A stretch of DNA of 64,000 nucleotides from Sporopachydermia quercuum (Eukaryota): NCBI GenBank assembly GCA_001599295.1, contig BCGN01000010.1, positions 434,001 through 498,000 of the forward strand. Direction: 5' to 3'. The position numbers and the translations under genes are program-made. Below are positions 58,828 through 64,000 of this stretch, piece by piece. The notes under the pieces are model-generated. The model was not told where the DNA came from, did not search any database, and was given only the letters and a program-made list of their open reading frames with translations. How positions within the stretch are numbered: position 1 is the first letter of the stretch; each line of letters starts with the position of its first letter.

Positions 58828-61800
58828 ATGGATTGTTTTGGGTACGTATACTTTTACTTCATTACAGAACGAAAAATATATAATAATACAAAATGTTATA
58901 AAAAAAATGCTATTACAAGTGAAGCTATATCATTACATTCATTACTCCTTTATATCTGGTTCTATGTTCATCTGATTTTACCTGTCCTCCGTCTGCTACT
59001 GATTATTAACGAATTCCAACAGGGTGCCTCGAGGAACGATCCGCAGCGATGCTTTGTTCAGATTAGCCAAGCACGACTTCTCGTGGGACAAATCGTTGGG
59101 CTTAGGAAATAACCAAGGACTGAAGTTTCTTGATAGAGATATATTCAATGCCAAGGATGTCAGTGATAGTAGCTGTAAATTTGTTGATTCTTCAAAGGAT
59201 TTAAAGAATATCTTAGATGTCTTGCAAAATGCTCAACGAGGATCTAACGAGCTGCCGATGTCATTTGGTGAATTTCAAATTCTGGAATCCTTGTGTAAAG
59301 CTGCTCCGTATGCCATAAATGAAGAAATAGCTGTTCAATTCATCAATCAAATCAAAAGGTATATTTCTGAAGCTCCTTTCCAGAAGTTTGGTATCAGTGC
59401 AAGATTTTGGTCAGATGCTCATAGTCCTTGGTATACATTGACTAAGGTTTTGTTTACTGCTGTTGTCAAACTATCTGTGAAATTCAAATCACTGTTTTCT
59501 GTTTACGAGGAGATCTTTCATGCATTTTTACAATCCGTCAGAACCAATGTTGAGAATTTGAGTAAAGACATTGAAAGTAATGCTGACACATTGTTTCCAA
59601 TTCTTTTCTCGTTCTTAGGACTCGTAGACGTTTTGAAAGATGACAATGTTATCTACAAGTTGGAATTGTATGAACCATTGTTGGATATCTGTAAGAACCA
59701 AATGTTTTCATTGATTGATGAACTTACGAAGCCTTTCAAAAGCGTTCTGCATGATCTTGGTACAGGTATTACTATTGGTTTTGATATTAGCAATCTTGCA
59801 TCTAAAGGTGGTATCGGTACAACTAATGGCAACGAAAGCTCAGTTGAAGATTCTTTGGCAGACTCACCAACCGCTGATTATAGAGGACCTGGTGAAACTG
59901 GTAAATCCAACGGTAACTTAGTGCTGAATGACGAAAGTGTGAACGGTAATTTTATAGCTCCCACCGATCCTATCAGTACTAATCCGTTGTTTAATACTTC
60001 TATCACGAGTAACTCCAATTGGTTCAGATTCTATAANGAATATCTAGCAATGAAACAACCTTTGAGCTCTTCGTTATTAAGAATGCACCTTGCCCGAGTT
60101 GGAACTTCTCTTGCTAGAACAACGTTAGTGGGCTTGAAGCCTAATGAAAGTGTATACGATCATATTCTATCAAGCGAGCTTCCTCAGGTGAAAAAAGCCC
60201 GTTCTTTAAATCACGCTTCCGATGGTACTACAACTGCACAAGATAATGCTTCGATGGATCGCCAACTAACAAAATCGTCACATGATCATGAATCCCAGGT
60301 TTCTCTTATCAATCCTAGGGTTAAGAAAGCCCATCTCAAACGACTGAGCGATCTCATGCAGGAAGCTATTCATTCTCTAGATCATAATGGCACCTCAGGG
60401 CTTGCAGCCGTTGATGAAGCTGAATTGAGATTTCAGGCAAAAGCTCTTGCCATGGAAAGTTTCGCTATTTGTTTAGTATACAACTGTGTGGATTATGAAG
60501 TACTAGCAACGTTGATCACCAACTCATTATTAAACGTGGCTGAGTGTTTCCATAGTAAATTGGGCATTAGTATTTTCGGTCTAGGTGCTGTTGCTTGTAT
60601 TGGTGGCGACAATCAAATTGGGGAAATTGTTACCAAAGGTTTCTACGATTTGGTAGTTCAGCCGCATTTTCCTATGGAGAACATTTCCGTTATTTCAAGA
60701 TATCTTGGCTGGGGCCTCAATGGATTATCCCAGGATGCATTAGTTACTATTATCTATGCTTTGAGCAATACTCTGAATACAACAGCTACGGTAAGTTCTT
60801 TGTCTGGAGATTCGGCCAATGAAAAGTTCTGGTTGCGAGCAGGAACAATTCTGCATTCAGGGAAAGCAGGAGCCAAGCATTCTTCGCGCAATGCTGTTCA
60901 TGCTATTGTTATGCTTACAAAACATTATAATGATGATAGGATTAACACTATGACTGTTTCAATGCTTGGACAGAAAATCGTCAACGCTTCATCTCAAGTT
61001 AATGATTTAGTACTTATGGGCTTAGCTGAATTAGCTGTCACTGTTTCGAGAAAGGAATTCCTTATCATTATGAAACAAATCTCAGCTTCTGTTTGGTCTG
61101 CATTTAAATCAAATTCTAATGGCAATACCAATGTTAATAATGCCAATGAAAATGGAGAATTGTCCAAAACTAAACAAGCATATATGCTTATTAGTTCTCA
61201 GCTCAAACCTGATCATCATTTATATAAAGTCTACTTGCAAACCCTTTTGACAGAAATAGTTAACAGAGGAGATGTGCTAGTATTGGAACATCACAGATCT
61301 CATGTTGAGATTTCTGCTGTTGCGGAAGAAATCGGATTCTATTTATTGCCATTGGCTAAACTTCTTCCCGATATCTCGGAACCAAGCTTGGAAATTTCCG
61401 ATTTATCGCTAATTTCCTTATTTGCTAATACTTGGTATAACATGGTTGTACATGGATTTACTCCGGATGCTCCTACCACAGCTCGGTTCCGGTCGGAGCT
61501 TAAAATCATTGCTTACAACTCTCCACCTTTGGCATCGGAATTGTCATCAGGCAAAACGGAAACTTCATTAGATTTAAATCCCGTGTTGAAAAGAGGTTCG
61601 TCTAATCATAATATAAAAGATCTTCGGAATATTGTTGCAACTTTATTCAAAATGAATGGTCTCGAGCTTAAAGCATTATCTTATCCGAAATTAATGTTTA
61701 TCTCTTCCGCTTTGCTATTGGAAAATCTCCGGTCTTCCACAGGTAGTTCTTCGGAACCTTTCCGTTATTTCTGGGATAGAAACGTTAGAGAAAGCGAGGT

Positions 61801-64000
61801 CGGTAAATTTCTACCGGGCATTGCAATGCAAACCACCAAAAACTATTTAGCTCATGTGATGAAAGGTGGTAATACTGTTTTTGCCAGTAGGAAAGTAGCT
61901 CATCAAATGGCTCAGTTGTTGGTTTTCTCCTGTGATAGAATTCAAGCTCTACAAGAATCTGCTATGACCTGTGCTGATAAGTTTGTTAAATCTGTTCCAT
62001 GGGTTCTTTGCTATGAAGAACCATTGTTTACATTGTTGGACTTACTTACCGTATTAGGCAAAGCGTGTATCAATTCACATACTGACAGATATGATCCTCA
62101 ATGGGTATTCAAATCAGATGTTGCTGGAGTATCGTTGGTTATTTCTAACTCATTAGCGCGCAGAAAGGCAACATTAGCCGCGTTTTATAAGAAAAGCGCC
62201 CAATGGACCAAAATCGCTATTGGGAAAAGCCCTCATGATATTAAAGCTTTACTACAGCTATATACTAGCAGACAAAGAGCAGGTGAATTACATGGTGATT
62301 TAGAATTAGGTGTTTCTTTTGCTATGAGAATGGCTGGCACTGTTCCTAATAACGATCGTGAAATGCGTTCTGTGGTTCAAACTGTTACTGGAGCAGACTT
62401 AGGGGATGGTGATGTCCTTTCGGGATTCTTAGCTCAATTATCTTGGAGAAGCAGCTTTAAGAACTCCGTTTTCCGGCAAATGGTGGAAAACATGTCAGAT
62501 AATCCCGGCAGTTTTGGCCAAGCAATTGGCTCGGAATTAGCTAAACTTTCGGAAATCTCAGCTCTAATCCGAACAAAGGCTAAGTTAGATCCTACCAGAG
62601 TATCTAATTTACTATATACATTATCAGGATTTGTTATTCTAACTGCATCTAATGCAAAGGCTAAAGCTATATCACCAGCAGCGTGTGAACTGGCGAGGAA
62701 AGTGGTTTTATTGCCCTTTGCTTCATTTACAACTCCAGCAGTGAAAGATGGTATTTCCGTATGGCAAGCAATTATGTCAGAACGACACGAATTACAGGAT
62801 TTCATTCTTTCTGAGATTATCTCACATTTCCAGGACACTGTGAGGAATCAAATAGGGTTATTCTCCAGAAATTATGACCTTAGAGACACCGAGAACTGTC
62901 ATATGGAGTATGCACCTTCTGATCAAGAGTCATTAGCAATCGATGGGAGAATAGTATCCAAAGCATTGAGACCACATCATCATCTGATTCGTATGCTTGG
63001 TAGTCATTTCCAAGCGTGTGTGCATTCAAGTGATCATTTGCTCAAACTGTTTACTGGTTTACTTACCACTAGTTTACGGGGGCTTGTTTCCTCAGGATCA
63101 TATCATCCATTTGCAAGAATAGTAAGATTTGAGCTTATTCAACTCGGCCTCACTGTTCTAGCTGTTCATACGCAGCTTGGAACGCGAGTCAGAGATCAAT
63201 TAGCATGTCATATACTTGCTGCGGGACTTTCATGGTTCACCCATGCAAGACAACGATCGTACGGTGGAAATATGCTCAAGATGAAAACAGATTTAGAGGC
63301 ATTAGTTGAAGTTGGAGGGCTCGTTTCAAGGCTTGAACCTTTGGGAGTGAAATCGCGATATAAAGACCAAATTCTAAGTCAAAAGGAAGTCTTGCTTGCG
63401 TTTATTGCTGACGAGATTCTTACGTTAGAAGCATGGATCGAACCATTACAATCACGGGATAATAAACTGCAGAAAATAAGTATTGATCACGTATCAACAA
63501 GAATGGTTGATGTTTGCTGGGGAATCGATGCTAGATTAGCCACAAACTTAGTAGCTAGATATAGAAATTCAACGCTGGAACGTCATATTGTATCATTGAT
63601 TACCCGTGATCCTTTCAAAGCTGTCAATTGCCCTGGAAGTATTGAATTCTTACTTCAAAGTAATGATAGTAAAGCTATTGATGCTTTGCTCTTCTGGCAN
63701 GAAACTAATCCTTTGCAAGCCATTAATTTACTCCTACAACCATATTCTTCTAACGGTGTAGTTGTACAGTATGCTATGAGAAGTNTGGAAAGTCATGACG
63801 TAAATATAACTTTTTTTTATGTGCCTCAGATTGTTCAATGTTTACGATGTGATCCATTGGGTTATGTTGAAAGATTCATATTGGAAACAGCTAATATCTC
63901 TCAATTGTTTGCTCATCAAATCATATGGAACATCAAAGCAAATGCTTATAAAGATGAAGATGGAGAAATACCTGATCCTATTGAACCAACCTTCTCGAGA
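58828..64000 (+). CDS. STT4: Phosphatidylinositol 4-kinase Stt4, 3'-partial; exons 58828-58841, 59023->64000
   Basis: MDCFG|VPRGTIRSDALFRLA; PMSFGEFQILESLCKAAP; near the window end FFYVPQIVQCLR.DPLGYVERFILETA.ISQLFAHQIIWN (PIK helical domain). The frame is consistent from 59024 to the end (spot-checked only); the ORF track missed it because there is no stop in the window. Confidence 0.92.

Noticed and set aside
230..62838. The many 60-130 aa ORFs overlapping larger genes in other frames or antisense (e.g. 16954-18134, 25446-25838, 49061-49429, 62434-62838)
   Set aside because: Shadow ORFs of biased or low-complexity coding sequence, often with non-ATG starts and no motifs
4549..63700. Isolated 'n' bases throughout
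   Set aside because: Assembly ambiguity, possibly heterozygous sites; reading frames are preserved, so they are not evidence of pseudogenes
1..64000. Prokaryotic systems, CRISPR arrays, transposons or LTR elements
   Set aside because: Genes are eukaryotic with spliceosomal introns; I saw no repeat-spacer array, transposase/RT/integrase motif or long terminal repeat

Overview
This is AT-rich eukaryotic nuclear DNA from an intron-rich budding-yeast-like ascomycete (Saccharomycotina-type gene set). CTG is read as Leu at conserved positions, so the code looks standard. The species cannot be named from sequence alone. I find about 22 protein-coding genes: SKG6/TOS2-like, an orphan ORF, a YGR210C-type OBG GTPase, TOA1, CSC1, ARV1, NUP42/AMO1-like, TOP3, EST1/EBS1/SMG7-like, UME6-like, BNA5, CHS3, VPS34, TRAX, COQ4, RAV2, SPC19, VPS64/FAR10-like, LIP2, CAB5, HSP104 and TIF6, plus a 3'-truncated STT4 that the ORF track missed. 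A U5 snRNA gene lies at ~2970-3075. I reconstructed 16 spliceosomal introns in 9 genes by hand, including 8-18 nt micro-exons. Two introns use AAG acceptors that have in-frame downstream YAG alternatives. There is no mobile element, CRISPR array, tRNA or rRNA that I can support, and no clearly novel multi-gene system. The most notable signals are a candidate multi-intron, uORF-containing 5' leader on the EST1/EBS1-like gene, micro-exons and weak acceptors next to catalytic motifs, a retained and enlarged TRAX, and CCG/CGG-rich patches. Gene identities come from my recall of family motifs, not from database searches. Scattered 'n' bases indicate a draft assembly.
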